Source: an uncultured Verrucomicrobiae bacterium | GTDB lineage: Bacteria > Verrucomicrobiota > Verrucomicrobiia > Chthoniobacterales > UBA10450 | Reading direction: 5' to 3' | DNA: 64,000 nucleotides | NCBI GenBank assembly: GCA_963756875.1 | Contig: CAVWPA010000001.1 | Span: forward strand, 288,001 to 352,000 | Shown here: piece after piece, positions 51,402-60,508 of the stretch | How the letters are laid out: the number at the start of each line of letters is the position of its first letter | Position numbering within the stretch: position 1 is the stretch's first letter | Notes under the pieces: model-generated | Seen by the model: only the letters and a program-made list of their open reading frames with translations | What the model was told of the DNA's origin: nothing | Database searches by the model: none | Translations under genes and position numbers: made by a program

Positions 51402-53045
51402 GTGAATCGGCAGAATAGAAATCGGGGCGACGGCAAAGGAAAGCGAATTCCTTCCTTCCTCCTGATCTTGATCATGATCCTGCTCATGATCGTGTCCAAT
51501 TCTCGCGCGGCCGATCCATCGTCCCTCGCTGCGTTAACGGTTGTCGTTTACAACAAAGACTCCGATGACTCGACTGAGCTCGCGAAATTCTACGCAAAGG
51601 CACGCGGCATTCCGCGCGATCATCTGGTCGCGTTGAGCTGTCCCATCGAAGAGGAGATCACCCGCGAACAGTATGAAGCGATGATTGCCGATCCGCTTCG
51701 CGAAGCTTTCGAGAAGCGGCACTGGTGGACGATGCGCGAAACGGCGGAGGAAAAAAAGAGCATCCTGACCACGTCGATCCGTTTCGTGGCGGTGGTCAGG
51801 GGCGTGCCGCTAAAAATTAGCGCTGCGACCACGCCCTATCCTGGGGACGTGCCGGACGGCGGGCCGATAAACAACCGGAACGAAGCTTCGGTCGATTCCG
51901 AGATCGCAGCGCTCGGTTTTTTAACCCCGCAAATCTCCGGTGTGACCGCGAACCCCTATTACCAGAACTTTCGGCTCATCGCCGATTTTGATGATCCCGA
52001 ATTGTTGCTCGTTTGCCGGCTGGACGCTCCGACGGCTGCAACCGTACGGCGAATGATTGTTGACAGTATCGCAGCGGAGAAGAATGGACTTTGGGGACGC
52101 GCTTATGTCGATGGCGCGCACAACACAGCTCCCGGTCTTGGCGTCGGCGATGCATGGCTGGCCGATATTGCGGGACAGCTTCACAAGGTCGGTGTTCCGG
52201 TTGTTTATGAAAATACGCCAGCAGTCTTTCCGAATGGCTATCCGATGAGCGACTGCGCTCTTTACTACGGCTGGTATGCTGGTGGAATCACCGGCCCATT
52301 CATGGAACCGGACTTTCGTTTCGTGCCGGGCGCCATTGCGGTGCATATCCATTCTTACAGCGCGAGCACATTGCGCAGCCCGACCTCCGGATGGGCCGGG
52401 CCGCTCGTTTCGAGAGGCGCCGCTGCGACCATGGGTAACGTTTATGAGCCGTATCTTCAGCTCACTACGCATCTCAATATCTTTAACGATCGGCTACTTC
52501 ATGGGTTCACGTTTGCGGAAAGTGCTTACATGGCGACCGCGGCCCTTTCGTGGATGAACGTAATGGTGGGCGACCCTCTTTATCGGCCTTACGCATCGTG
52601 GCTGCAGTTGGAGGGCGGGCATGAGTCGGGCAAAAAGGCGTCGAATTGGAAGGCCTATCACGAGTTCGCGGTGAAAAACATTTCCAAGCCGGAGCCCGAA
52701 TATCGCAAGCTCGCCCGCTTTGTGGCTTCGCGGTCCTGCAACGGTCCGATGCTCGAAGATCTCGGCCAGATGGAAGAGACGGACGCTAATTCTGCATCCG
52801 CGACAAGCTATTTTCTGCAGGCGCGCGCCTGCTATTCGAAGCGGGACGACATTCTCCGGGTGGTCCTGGAAGAAGCGAACGGATGGATCGAGCAGAAGAA
52901 ATTGAAGCGCGCGCGTGACCTGGTGCGCAGCACGCTGCGGATTGTGCCCGACGCGCCATCGGCGCCCTTGCTCAGAAAAATCGAACAGGAATTAAAGACG
53001 CCGGCAATCGGTTCGGTGCCGAAACCTTCGCCGCAGAGGCCCTGA
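51402..53045 (+). CDS. TIGR03790-family protein with helical C-terminus
   Basis: VVVYN..S.ELAKFYAKARGIP, ASVDSEI, LVCRLD, YYGWY, FVPGAIAVHIHSYSA, GNVYEPYL, VGDPLYRPY. Confidence 0.85.
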   Translation: MNRQNRNRGDGKGKRIPSFLLILIMILLMIVSNSRAADPSSLAALTVVVYNKDSDDSTELAKFYAKARGIPRDHLVALSCPIEEEITREQYEAMIADPLREAFEKRHWWTMRETAEEKKSILTTSIRFVAVVRGVPLKISAATTPYPGDVPDGGPINNRNEASVDSEIAALGFLTPQISGVTANPYYQNFRLIADFDDPELLLVCRLDAPTAATVRRMIVDSIAAEKNGLWGRAYVDGAHNTAPGLGVGDAWLADIAGQLHKVGVPVVYENTPAVFPNGYPMSDCALYYGWYAGGITGPFMEPDFRFVPGAIAVHIHSYSASTLRSPTSGWAGPLVSRGAAATMGNVYEPYLQLTTHLNIFNDRLLHGFTFAESAYMATAALSWMNVMVGDPLYRPYASWLQLEGGHESGKKASNWKAYHEFAVKNISKPEPEYRKLARFVASRSCNGPMLEDLGQMEETDANSASATSYFLQARACYSKRDDILRVVLEEANGWIEQKKLKRARDLVRSTLRIVPDAPSAPLLRKIEQELKTPAIGSVPKPSPQRP

Positions 53046-53127
53046 GCAGGAAGTCCGGGTAACGAATAGTGTGGTATCGGCATCCTGCCGATGTTTGTTC
53101 ACGGACTGGAAGGCCGTGCCGCGCAAT

Positions 53128-53907
53128 CTAACGAATGATTCCGCGCTCGCTGGTTTCTATGAATTCGACGATCTGCCCAATCTCCTCGGTCTGTGGCAAT
53201 TCCTTGTGCACCGCGTCGATCGCCTGCCGCGTGTTGTATTTCGAACGATAAATCAGGCGAAACGCTTCCTTAATCCACTTCACGTTCTCGGCCGGAAAAT
53301 TCTTCCGCTCCAATCCAACCAGATTAACTCCCCGAATCTTCGCAGGATTTCCGTCGGCGATCATGAATGGCGGCACATCCTGCACGATCTTGGAGCAGCC
53401 GCCGGTGATGGCGAAGCGTCCGATGCGGCAAAACTGATGAACGGCGGTCAGTCCGCCCATCACGGCGTTGTCCCCCACATGGACATGACCAGCCAGGGTG
53501 CCGTTGTTTGAAAACACCACTTCGTTGCCGACCTGGCAATCGTGCCCAATGTGGCTGTATGCGAGAAAATTTCCGCGGTGGCCGACGCGGGTTTTGCCTT
53601 CGCTCGTGGTGCTGCGATTGATGGTGACGAATTCGCGAAATGTATTCTCATCGCCGATTTCAAGATACGTCGGTTCGCCGCGATACTTTAAGTCCTGCGT
53701 TAGCTGCCCGATCGAGCAATAAGCGTAAAACTTGTTCCCCGCGCCGCCGCGCATCGGTCCACAAAGCGTGACATGATGCTGGAGCCAGCAATTCTCGCCC
53801 AGCACAACATCGGCGGCGATGACGCAATAGGGACCAATCGTCGTGCCGGCACCGATTTCCGCGCGTCCATCAACAATGGCCGTCGGATGAATCTGCGCGC
53901 CGCTCAT
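53128..53907 (-). CDS. lpxA: UDP-N-acetylglucosamine acyltransferase
   Basis: IHPTAIV, QDLKY, REFVTINR, HIGHDC, LAGHV, VHQFCRIG, QDVPPF. Confidence 0.98.
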   Translation of the reverse strand: MSGAQIHPTAIVDGRAEIGAGTTIGPYCVIAADVVLGENCWLQHHVTLCGPMRGGAGNKFYAYCSIGQLTQDLKYRGEPTYLEIGDENTFREFVTINRSTTSEGKTRVGHRGNFLAYSHIGHDCQVGNEVVFSNNGTLAGHVHVGDNAVMGGLTAVHQFCRIGRFAITGGCSKIVQDVPPFMIADGNPAKIRGVNLVGLERKNFPAENVKWIKEAFRLIYRSKYNTRQAIDAVHKELPQTEEIGQIVEFIETSERGIIR

Positions 53908-53934
53908 GTTTCCATCGTGAATTTCATTTTCTGT

Positions 53935-55122
53935 TTAGGGCACATTGTAAAAGTGTTCGACGCGGAGGATCAAAAATGTGGTTGGACTGTAGACATTGCC
54001 AACAACGAACAACTGATAGAATTGAAGAGCGTCCATCAGAACCATGAAAGCGACCCCGGCAACCAGCGCGCGTCGCGCCCAGCCTTTGCCAAACTTGGCC
54101 GTCAAATATATAGCGCATGCCGCCGCCGCGAACCGCAGAAACATGTCGGCAAAAAGAATGAGCCGCACATTCACGACTGGCATTTGGCCGAAAAGCAATA
54201 CGGCTCCCGCGAAGTAGATGAGGGCGATGTTGCGCCCATGGCGGGACGCGCCGTCTTGCGGCGCGGAGAAGCCGACCATTCCCGCTACAAAAACGATTGG
54301 CGCGATGGCAAGGAAATCCAGCAAGTAGCGAAACCAGGGGCCCTTTTCGTAATTAACAGTGTACTCGAGCGTCTGTTGCAGGCCGGCGTAGGTACGATAC
54401 GTGCCAATAAAAACGCCAGGCCCGCCACAGATCGCGATTTCGATGATGAGATAAATTGCCGGGGCAGCAAACAGCGGCAGCAACAGCCAGGGGGTGGTCC
54501 GCAGTCGCATCGCCCAAAAGTAGTACGCGGCCGCAATCCCCATCAGCGGATAAAGCAGCAACGACGATTCTTTAGTCAGCAATGCAAGCGACAGCAAACC
54601 GCCGAGTATGCAAAAGTCGAATATCGATCTTTGGCGCCAGCAGCGATCGAAAAAGTAGAGGCATGCCAGCATCAATAGTGCCGCAAAACTGTCTTGCGTG
54701 GCGCGACGAGAAAGCGCGGCAGCAAGCGGAGAACTGACGAGAAGGATTCCACAGAGGATGGACATTTTGTTCCCGGCAAGCTTTCCGGCGAATAGTGCGC
54801 CGAGAAGAACGAAGGCCAGCCCGGATACGAACGAAAGCCAAGCCAGGTTATCGGCATTAAAGCCGCCAAGGATCTTGCACGTGACCATGGCCGGAATAAG
54901 AAATCCTACCCGCAACATGAGTGGCGATTTCTGGAGGTTTTCGTTGATCGGATAATCGTGCAGCCATTGGTGGATGCCGGATACCCCGCCCCTATCAAGG
55001 GTCTGCGCAAAGACGACGTAAGCGCGTTCGTCCCAGCCGGTTCGTTTTACGCCAAACATTGTCGGGAGGCGCACGGCAACGGTAATGACCAGCAAAAGCA
55101 GCATCCACGTCTTCGCGCTCAT
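53935..55122 (-). CDS. GT-C fold (PMT/ArnT-like) integral membrane glycosyltransferase
   Basis: WDE motif after TM1, LALLTKES, PWFRYL; about ten hydrophobic segments. Confidence 0.72.
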   Translation of the reverse strand: MSAKTWMLLLLVITVAVRLPTMFGVKRTGWDERAYVVFAQTLDRGGVSGIHQWLHDYPINENLQKSPLMLRVGFLIPAMVTCKILGGFNADNLAWLSFVSGLAFVLLGALFAGKLAGNKMSILCGILLVSSPLAAALSRRATQDSFAALLMLACLYFFDRCWRQRSIFDFCILGGLLSLALLTKESSLLLYPLMGIAAAYYFWAMRLRTTPWLLLPLFAAPAIYLIIEIAICGGPGVFIGTYRTYAGLQQTLEYTVNYEKGPWFRYLLDFLAIAPIVFVAGMVGFSAPQDGASRHGRNIALIYFAGAVLLFGQMPVVNVRLILFADMFLRFAAAACAIYLTAKFGKGWARRALVAGVAFMVLMDALQFYQLFVVGNVYSPTTFLILRVEHFYNVP

Positions 55123-55135
55123 CCTGTGGAGATCC

Positions 55136-56461
55136 TTACCGATCAAGAAATGTGAACATTAATTCGCCTTCTGAAACGACGGCATCGTTGACGACGCAGT
55201 GACATTTTGCCTTCGCCAGGCGTTCGCCACGGTGCTTGGTCAGCTCGGCGTGGATAAAGATCGTGTCGCCGGGGAATACCGGTTTGCGAAATTTTACGTC
55301 GTCGGCGCTCATAAAGTAACCGATGCGGCTGGTCGTTTTCGCGAGCTTGAACAATAAGAGACTCGCGACCTGGGCCATCGCTTCCACCTGCATCACGCCA
55401 GGCATGACCGGATGCCCGGGGAAATGTCCCTGAAAAAATGGCTCGTTAATGGTTACTGATTTCACTCCGATGCATTTTGTTCCATCGTTCTCGAAGCTAA
55501 TGATTCTATCCACCATCAAGAACGGATAGCGATGCGGCAGAATTTGCAGGATTTCCTCGCTATCGAGGCCGCCATCGCCCTTCGGAACTACGCGCGGAAC
55601 GGCGAGGGCTGTTCTGCGTGCCTGCTCGCGTGCGAGGAGGCGGGCCAGCTCCGCGTTGACGGCGTGGCCCGGTTTTACGGCGATGACATGACCGCGAATA
55701 CGGCGGCCAACCAACGCCAGGTCACCGACGATATCGAGGATTTTATGCCTGACGAATTCGTCCGGGAAACGGAGCGGTTCCTTGCTCAGGACCGCGTCGC
55801 CTCGCAGCACCACCGCGTTTTCCAGGCTTCCCCCTTTGATCAAATTTTTTTCCATGAGCGGTTCGACGTCTTCGTAATAAACAAACGTCCGGGCGGCCGC
55901 GATCTCCCGCTCGAACAGAGCGGGCGTGATTTCCATCGACAAAAACTGGGTAAAACGGTTGTTCGGCCCCGCCTGCGTGCATGAGATGCGGAACTTATCG
56001 TCCGGCAACAAAACGAGGAGGCCGCCGCTCTTTGATTCGACATGCACCGGTTCGCGCGGCTCGAAAAACTTTCGCGGCGCTTCCTGCGCGGTCAATCCTG
56101 CTTTCTTAATGGCATCAACGTACGGCCGCGCGCTGCCGTCGCCGATTGGTGGCTCGTTTGCGTCCATTTCGACGATGGCGTTGTCCACGCCCATTGCGGA
56201 GAGAGCGGCCAAAACGTGCTCGACGGTGTGCACGCGCACTGAGCCTTCGCCGATCGTGGTGGCGCGCTCGACGGTTTTTAAATTGTCGATGCTGGCGTCG
56301 ATTGTCGGCTCATCCTGCAAATCCTTTCGCTTAAATTTAATTCCGTGATCGACCGGCGCAGCGTGCAACTTCAGCGAGACCTTTTCGCCTGTATGCAGTG
56401 ACGTGCCGCTGAATCCGGCGGTCTTGGCAAGGGTATGTTGAAACTCAACAGAGGCGGGCAT
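55136..56461 (-). CDS. lpxC-fabZ: Bifunctional LpxC-FabZ
   Basis: TVEHVLAAL, PIGDGS, ARTF, RHKILD; LPHRYPFLMVDR, FFQGHFPGHPVMPGV, FRKPVFPGD. Confidence 0.97.
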   Translation of the reverse strand: MPASVEFQHTLAKTAGFSGTSLHTGEKVSLKLHAAPVDHGIKFKRKDLQDEPTIDASIDNLKTVERATTIGEGSVRVHTVEHVLAALSAMGVDNAIVEMDANEPPIGDGSARPYVDAIKKAGLTAQEAPRKFFEPREPVHVESKSGGLLVLLPDDKFRISCTQAGPNNRFTQFLSMEITPALFEREIAAARTFVYYEDVEPLMEKNLIKGGSLENAVVLRGDAVLSKEPLRFPDEFVRHKILDIVGDLALVGRRIRGHVIAVKPGHAVNAELARLLAREQARRTALAVPRVVPKGDGGLDSEEILQILPHRYPFLMVDRIISFENDGTKCIGVKSVTINEPFFQGHFPGHPVMPGVMQVEAMAQVASLLLFKLAKTTSRIGYFMSADDVKFRKPVFPGDTIFIHAELTKHRGERLAKAKCHCVVNDAVVSEGELMFTFLDR

Positions 56462-56504
56462 AAGCGCTTAAGTAACAAAGATTTTGGGTCGTGACCAGCG
56501 TCAC

Positions 56505-56672
56505 AAAACCTCCAGGTTCCAACCTCCAAACACCAGGGAAACTCCAAATCTCAAGCTCCAGTCCAAAACTGTAGCTCAGCAGCTGCGTGGCTAAGGCGGG
56601 TTCGGCGTTTTCTTTTTAAAGCTTGGTTATTGGAGCTTCCCTGGAACTTGGGGTTTGGGATTTGGTGCTTTC
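56505..56672. repeat. CTCCAA/TTGGAG heptamer-like inverted array
   Basis: CTCCAAACACCAGGGAAACTCCAAATCTCAAGCTCCA ... TTGGAGCTTCCCTGGAACTTGGGGTTTGGGATTTGGTG. Confidence 0.7.
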
Positions 56673-56709
56673 AACTATCGCGAAATTTGGGTTCTGCGGT
56701 TCATCGTTG

Positions 56710-57576
56710 TCATTGCAATTCGACAAACCCGCAGTCGAAAGCCATGATCTTGTCGATGTTCGAGACGCGGAATTGTTCCACCACCGCGCCGTCATCCTGC
56801 CAGACGTACACGGATTTTTTGCCGCTTTTTGCGATCCATGCCCGAACCAGATGCGGGGTCTTGCTGACAGTGTAAAGCGGCAAATCGTCCATCGTTTTGA
56901 TAAAGCAGCCTTTGGCGTCGAACCCCACGCCGAGATCGATCACCGACCGTGTGTCGTTCAGGAGTGGATTAGCCACCAGCCTCACTGGCGCATGATCCGA
57001 ATCGATCGGCGGCGGTGCCGTCGCCTTTCCAAGATCCTGAACCTTGATGTCGCCAACCATGTAACCACGGGCGCGATATCGTCCCGCCGGCAAATAGCCG
57101 CCCGCGTCGTCCGTCCCATCCCAGGTGGTCGTTAGCGCGTCGGCTTCCGCGATGAAACTGTCGATTTTTGCATCTCGAAACAAAACGCGCACCAGGTCCC
57201 GATTGGCGTCGAAAATACCGAGGCTGATCGTTCCGTGCATCGGCGGCGGAACGAAAGTGAGGCGCACGGTTCGAGTCGGAGTGGGGATAGGCGCGAGCGA
57301 TGGCGTTTGCTCAGGGGTTGGCGACGCTATTTCTCCCGGTGTGGCCGAAGCCGTTCCCCCGGGTGTGGCGGAAGCCGCGCCCCCGGGGGCGACCGAAGCC
57401 GTTTGTTCGGGCGTTGGCGAAACTGTCGCCACGGGCGATGGCGCGGAGATGGGAGTTTGAGTGGCTGTCGGCGAAGGCGTCGGACTCGGCGAATTCTGTG
57501 CGCCTGCCAGCGCCGCCATCCCCAGCCAGCACGCAAAAATCAGCAATCCGTAATTGGCACTCCGCAATTTAAACAT
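56710..57576 (-). CDS. Secreted protein with Pro/Thr linker and FlgD-like Ig domain
   Basis: Signal peptide; SATPGG repeats; ISLGIFD..LVRVL, WDGTDDAG.YLPAGRY. Confidence 0.75.
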   Translation of the reverse strand: MFKLRSANYGLLIFACWLGMAALAGAQNSPSPTPSPTATQTPISAPSPVATVSPTPEQTASVAPGGAASATPGGTASATPGEIASPTPEQTPSLAPIPTPTRTVRLTFVPPPMHGTISLGIFDANRDLVRVLFRDAKIDSFIAEADALTTTWDGTDDAGGYLPAGRYRARGYMVGDIKVQDLGKATAPPPIDSDHAPVRLVANPLLNDTRSVIDLGVGFDAKGCFIKTMDDLPLYTVSKTPHLVRAWIAKSGKKSVYVWQDDGAVVEQFRVSNIDKIMAFDCGFVELQ

Positions 57577-59188
57577 AGTAGCGCCAGTTCACGTTCGGGA
57601 AAAGGTTGTCTCGCGATTCACAATCGGCCAGGAATTTTTCATCGACATGGTTTGCGATCAACTCATCGTGCAATCGATTGAAACGGACAAGGTGATCCTT
57701 GGTCCGTTTTGTCGCATATTCCCTGGCGGTATTTGTTTTCATTAAGAATGCCCAATCGCTCGCCTGCGCGAGCAACAGTTCGCGCGCCAGTTGCTTCAGC
57801 GCACGCTCGGTAAATTGTAGGGCAGGCGCTCCGCCTGCCGACTCTTCGGCCGGCAACCGGAGCGGTTGCCCTACAATCGCTGAATATTTTTTCGCAATTT
57901 CCTCCATTTGTCGCGCGGCTGTCTGCAGGTGCGGATAAATCCAGACGTTGCTCGGATCGAGCCAGACACCCAGGTGTCCTTTTTCGCCCCACGTCGATGG
58001 CGCCGCCTCGATCGTCTGTTGCGTTGGATGTGCGGCCAGATATTCGCTTGGAGTCGTCAGGTTGAAGTCTTGCTGATCGAAAGCCGCTTTGCGAATGAAA
58101 AGCTCGAGAAAGCGCGGTCCTTCAAACCACCAATGACCGAATAATTCCGCATCGAATGGCACCACGACGATTGGATCGCCCGGTAGCGCCGCCGCTTGCC
58201 GCAGTTGCGAACGCCGGTCCTGAAGAAAATGGGCTGCGTGCTTTTCAGCGGCTTCGTCTGCTGCCGCCCGATCGTAAAGTTCCTTCTCAACCCCGGCGCC
58301 GGTGATCCGGTGATATTTGACGCCGGAGAATTTGCGCATGCCGCGCGCGACCGGTCCCAGGTGCTCGAGAGGAAGGTCGAACCCGATGTCCCGATAGAAT
58401 TCGCGATAAGCCGGATCCCCCGGATAGCCTTCTTTTGCGCTCCAAACCTGCCGGCTCGAGTCGCGGTCCCGTGCAAAAGCCGCAGGGCCCGCGGCCGTGT
58501 AGCACGGCGCGTAGATTGCGCGACGCGGCCGCGGATGTCCAAAGAGGAGACCATGGGCGTCGAGAACGAACCAGCGGATGTTCGCTTCCTGAAAAATCGA
58601 TTCCAGCCAGGGCGCGTAAGCGCACTCAGGCAACCAGAAGCCGGCCGGATCGGCATGGAAAAATTCGGTGTACACATCGCGACCGATCAGAATCTGCGCT
58701 CGTGCCGCTGTGCGCGAATGCAGGGGTAACGCGGCATGTGTCGCGGCTGAGGCGATGATTTCAAGCGCGCCGCTGTCTCGAATTTGCCGAAAGGCTTCGA
58801 GCAAATCGCACTTCCATTCGTCGACAAAGAACCGGCGGGTTTCGGAAAACATGTTGAAATAGAAATCGGACAGCTCCCGCAGCTGTGGGTCGTGGCGGTT
58901 GCGTTTTCGCTCGCGCGCGGCCAAGTCGATCAGAAGATCGATATGTTGAATGTAGCGTTCGCGCAGAAGCTCGTCCTGCAACATTGCGCACAGGGTCGGT
59001 GTAATCGACATCGTGAGTTTGAATGGAACGTTGTCGTGAACGAGCCGCTGCATCATGCGCAGCAACGGGACATATGTCTCGGTGATCGCTTCGAAGAGCC
59101 ACGTTTCCTCGAGAAAATGTTCCTGCTCCGGGTGCCTGACGAATGGCAAATGCGCGTGAAGAATGAGCGCGAGAGAACCGGAAGGCAT
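57569..59188 (-). CDS. GH57 1,4-alpha-glucan branching enzyme (DUF1957 type)
   Basis: LHAHLPFVRHP, WLFEAITETY, GFWLPECAY, PFDAELFGHWWFEG, ELLLAQASDWAF. Confidence 0.95.
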   Translation of the reverse strand: MPSGSLALILHAHLPFVRHPEQEHFLEETWLFEAITETYVPLLRMMQRLVHDNVPFKLTMSITPTLCAMLQDELLRERYIQHIDLLIDLAARERKRNRHDPQLRELSDFYFNMFSETRRFFVDEWKCDLLEAFRQIRDSGALEIIASAATHAALPLHSRTAARAQILIGRDVYTEFFHADPAGFWLPECAYAPWLESIFQEANIRWFVLDAHGLLFGHPRPRRAIYAPCYTAAGPAAFARDRDSSRQVWSAKEGYPGDPAYREFYRDIGFDLPLEHLGPVARGMRKFSGVKYHRITGAGVEKELYDRAAADEAAEKHAAHFLQDRRSQLRQAAALPGDPIVVVPFDAELFGHWWFEGPRFLELFIRKAAFDQQDFNLTTPSEYLAAHPTQQTIEAAPSTWGEKGHLGVWLDPSNVWIYPHLQTAARQMEEIAKKYSAIVGQPLRLPAEESAGGAPALQFTERALKQLARELLLAQASDWAFLMKTNTAREYATKRTKDHLVRFNRLHDELIANHVDEKFLADCESRDNLFPNVNWRYYV

Positions 59189-59194
59189 TTAGAT

Positions 59195-59305
59195 GTTGCG
59201 GAATGCGGATTGCGGAATGCGGATTAGATCCGCGTGCCCGGCAAATCCAGGGTCGAATTGCTCCTGCTCCCGCAATTTGCAATCCGCAGTCCGAACTCCG
59301 CAATT
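59195..59305. repeat. TTGCGGA heptamer inverted array
   Basis: TTGCGGAATGCGGATTGCGGAATGCGGATT ... CCGCAATTTGCAATCCGCAGTCCGAACTCCGCAA; same unit as inside argJ. Confidence 0.75.
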
Positions 59306-59306
59306 G

Positions 59307-60470
59307 TTAGAGCGTCCGGCAAAAGTCCTGGAACCGGTCGAGGCCTTTTTTAATGACGTCGATACTCGTGGCGTAACTCAAACGAACGGTCCGATCGTCG
59401 CCGAAGGCTACTCCGGGGACGACGGCGACATTGGCCTTGCTGAGCAAGCGATCGGCAAAGTTTTGCGAGGTGAGTCCGAGCTGGCTGATGTTGACCAGAA
59501 CATAAAATGCGCCTTCCGGTTTGACCGCGGTCACATTCGGGATTTTCGACACGCGATCGAACATGTAGTTGCGGCGCATATCGAATTCCTCACGCATATC
59601 GGCCACCGGCTGCTGGTCGCCTTTCAACGCGGCCAGCCCAGCCCGTTGCACGAAAGAAGCCGGATGCGAGGTGCTGTGGCTCTGGATTGATTCCACCGCC
59701 TTGGCCACTGCTTCGGGCGCGGCCAGATAACCCAGGCGCCACCCGGTCATCGCGTACGATTTGCTGAAACCGTTGACGGTAAGGGTCAGATCGTAAGCCT
59801 CTTTTGAGAGCGAGGCGATGCTCACGTGTTTGGTATCGTCGTAAATGAGCTTTTCGTAAATCTCGTCGGACAGGATGTAGATGTCCTCCTCGGCCGCCAC
59901 CTCGACAATCGCCTGCAATTCTTCCCGGGTGTAAACCGACCCAGTCGGATTGCAGGGGCTGTTCAGGATCAACATCTTGGTCCGTGGGGTCATCGCGTTC
60001 TCGAAATCTTCGGCCCGCATCTTCCACGAATTGCGTTCCATCGTGGGTATAATCACCGGCTCCGCGCCGGCGAGCTTGACCATTTCCGGATAGCTCACCC
60101 AATAGGGCGCTGGAATGACGACTTCGTCATCGGGCTGGCAGGTCGCCAGAATGGCGTTGTAGCAAGCCTGCTTTGCGCCGCTGCTTACCACGATCTGGCT
60201 CGCCCGATAACTCAATTCGTTGTCGGCCGCCAGTTTCTCCGAGATGGCCTGACGCAATTCCGGAATCCCCGAGCTTGGCGTGTATTTGGTGAATCCGGCC
60301 TGCAGCGCTTCAATCGCCGCGGCCTTGATATGTTCCGGTGTATCGAAATCCGGTTCGCCCGCGCCGAATCCGCATACGTCCAGCCCTTCGGCTTTCATTG
60401 CTTTCGCCTTGCTGTCGATCGAAAGCGTAATTGAAGGGGTGAGTCGGGCGGCGCGGTTGGAAATTTCCAT
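59307..60470 (-). CDS. Class I PLP aminotransferase (aspartate aminotransferase-like)
   Basis: GAGEPDF, KYTPSSG, PYWVSY, NSPCNPTG, SDEIY, NGFSKSYAMTGWRLG. Confidence 0.95.
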   Translation of the reverse strand: MEISNRAARLTPSITLSIDSKAKAMKAEGLDVCGFGAGEPDFDTPEHIKAAAIEALQAGFTKYTPSSGIPELRQAISEKLAADNELSYRASQIVVSSGAKQACYNAILATCQPDDEVVIPAPYWVSYPEMVKLAGAEPVIIPTMERNSWKMRAEDFENAMTPRTKMLILNSPCNPTGSVYTREELQAIVEVAAEEDIYILSDEIYEKLIYDDTKHVSIASLSKEAYDLTLTVNGFSKSYAMTGWRLGYLAAPEAVAKAVESIQSHSTSHPASFVQRAGLAALKGDQQPVADMREEFDMRRNYMFDRVSKIPNVTAVKPEGAFYVLVNISQLGLTSQNFADRLLSKANVAVVPGVAFGDDRTVRLSYATSIDVIKKGLDRFQDFCRTL

Positions 60471-60508
60471 GTCTTTGTTAGGCGATTGCAGCATTCAGGG
60501 AGCGCACA

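Noticed and set aside
55136..56461. LpxC-FabZ fusion as a novelty
   Set aside because: Known fusion in Bacteroidota and some other phyla.
57300..57490. 24-bp repeats in the FlgD-like protein gene
   Set aside because: Ordinary Pro/Thr/Ala linker repeats.
16303..59305. Short tandem arrays as possible CRISPR
   Set aside because: Units are 6-9 bp without unique spacers, and no cas genes are present.
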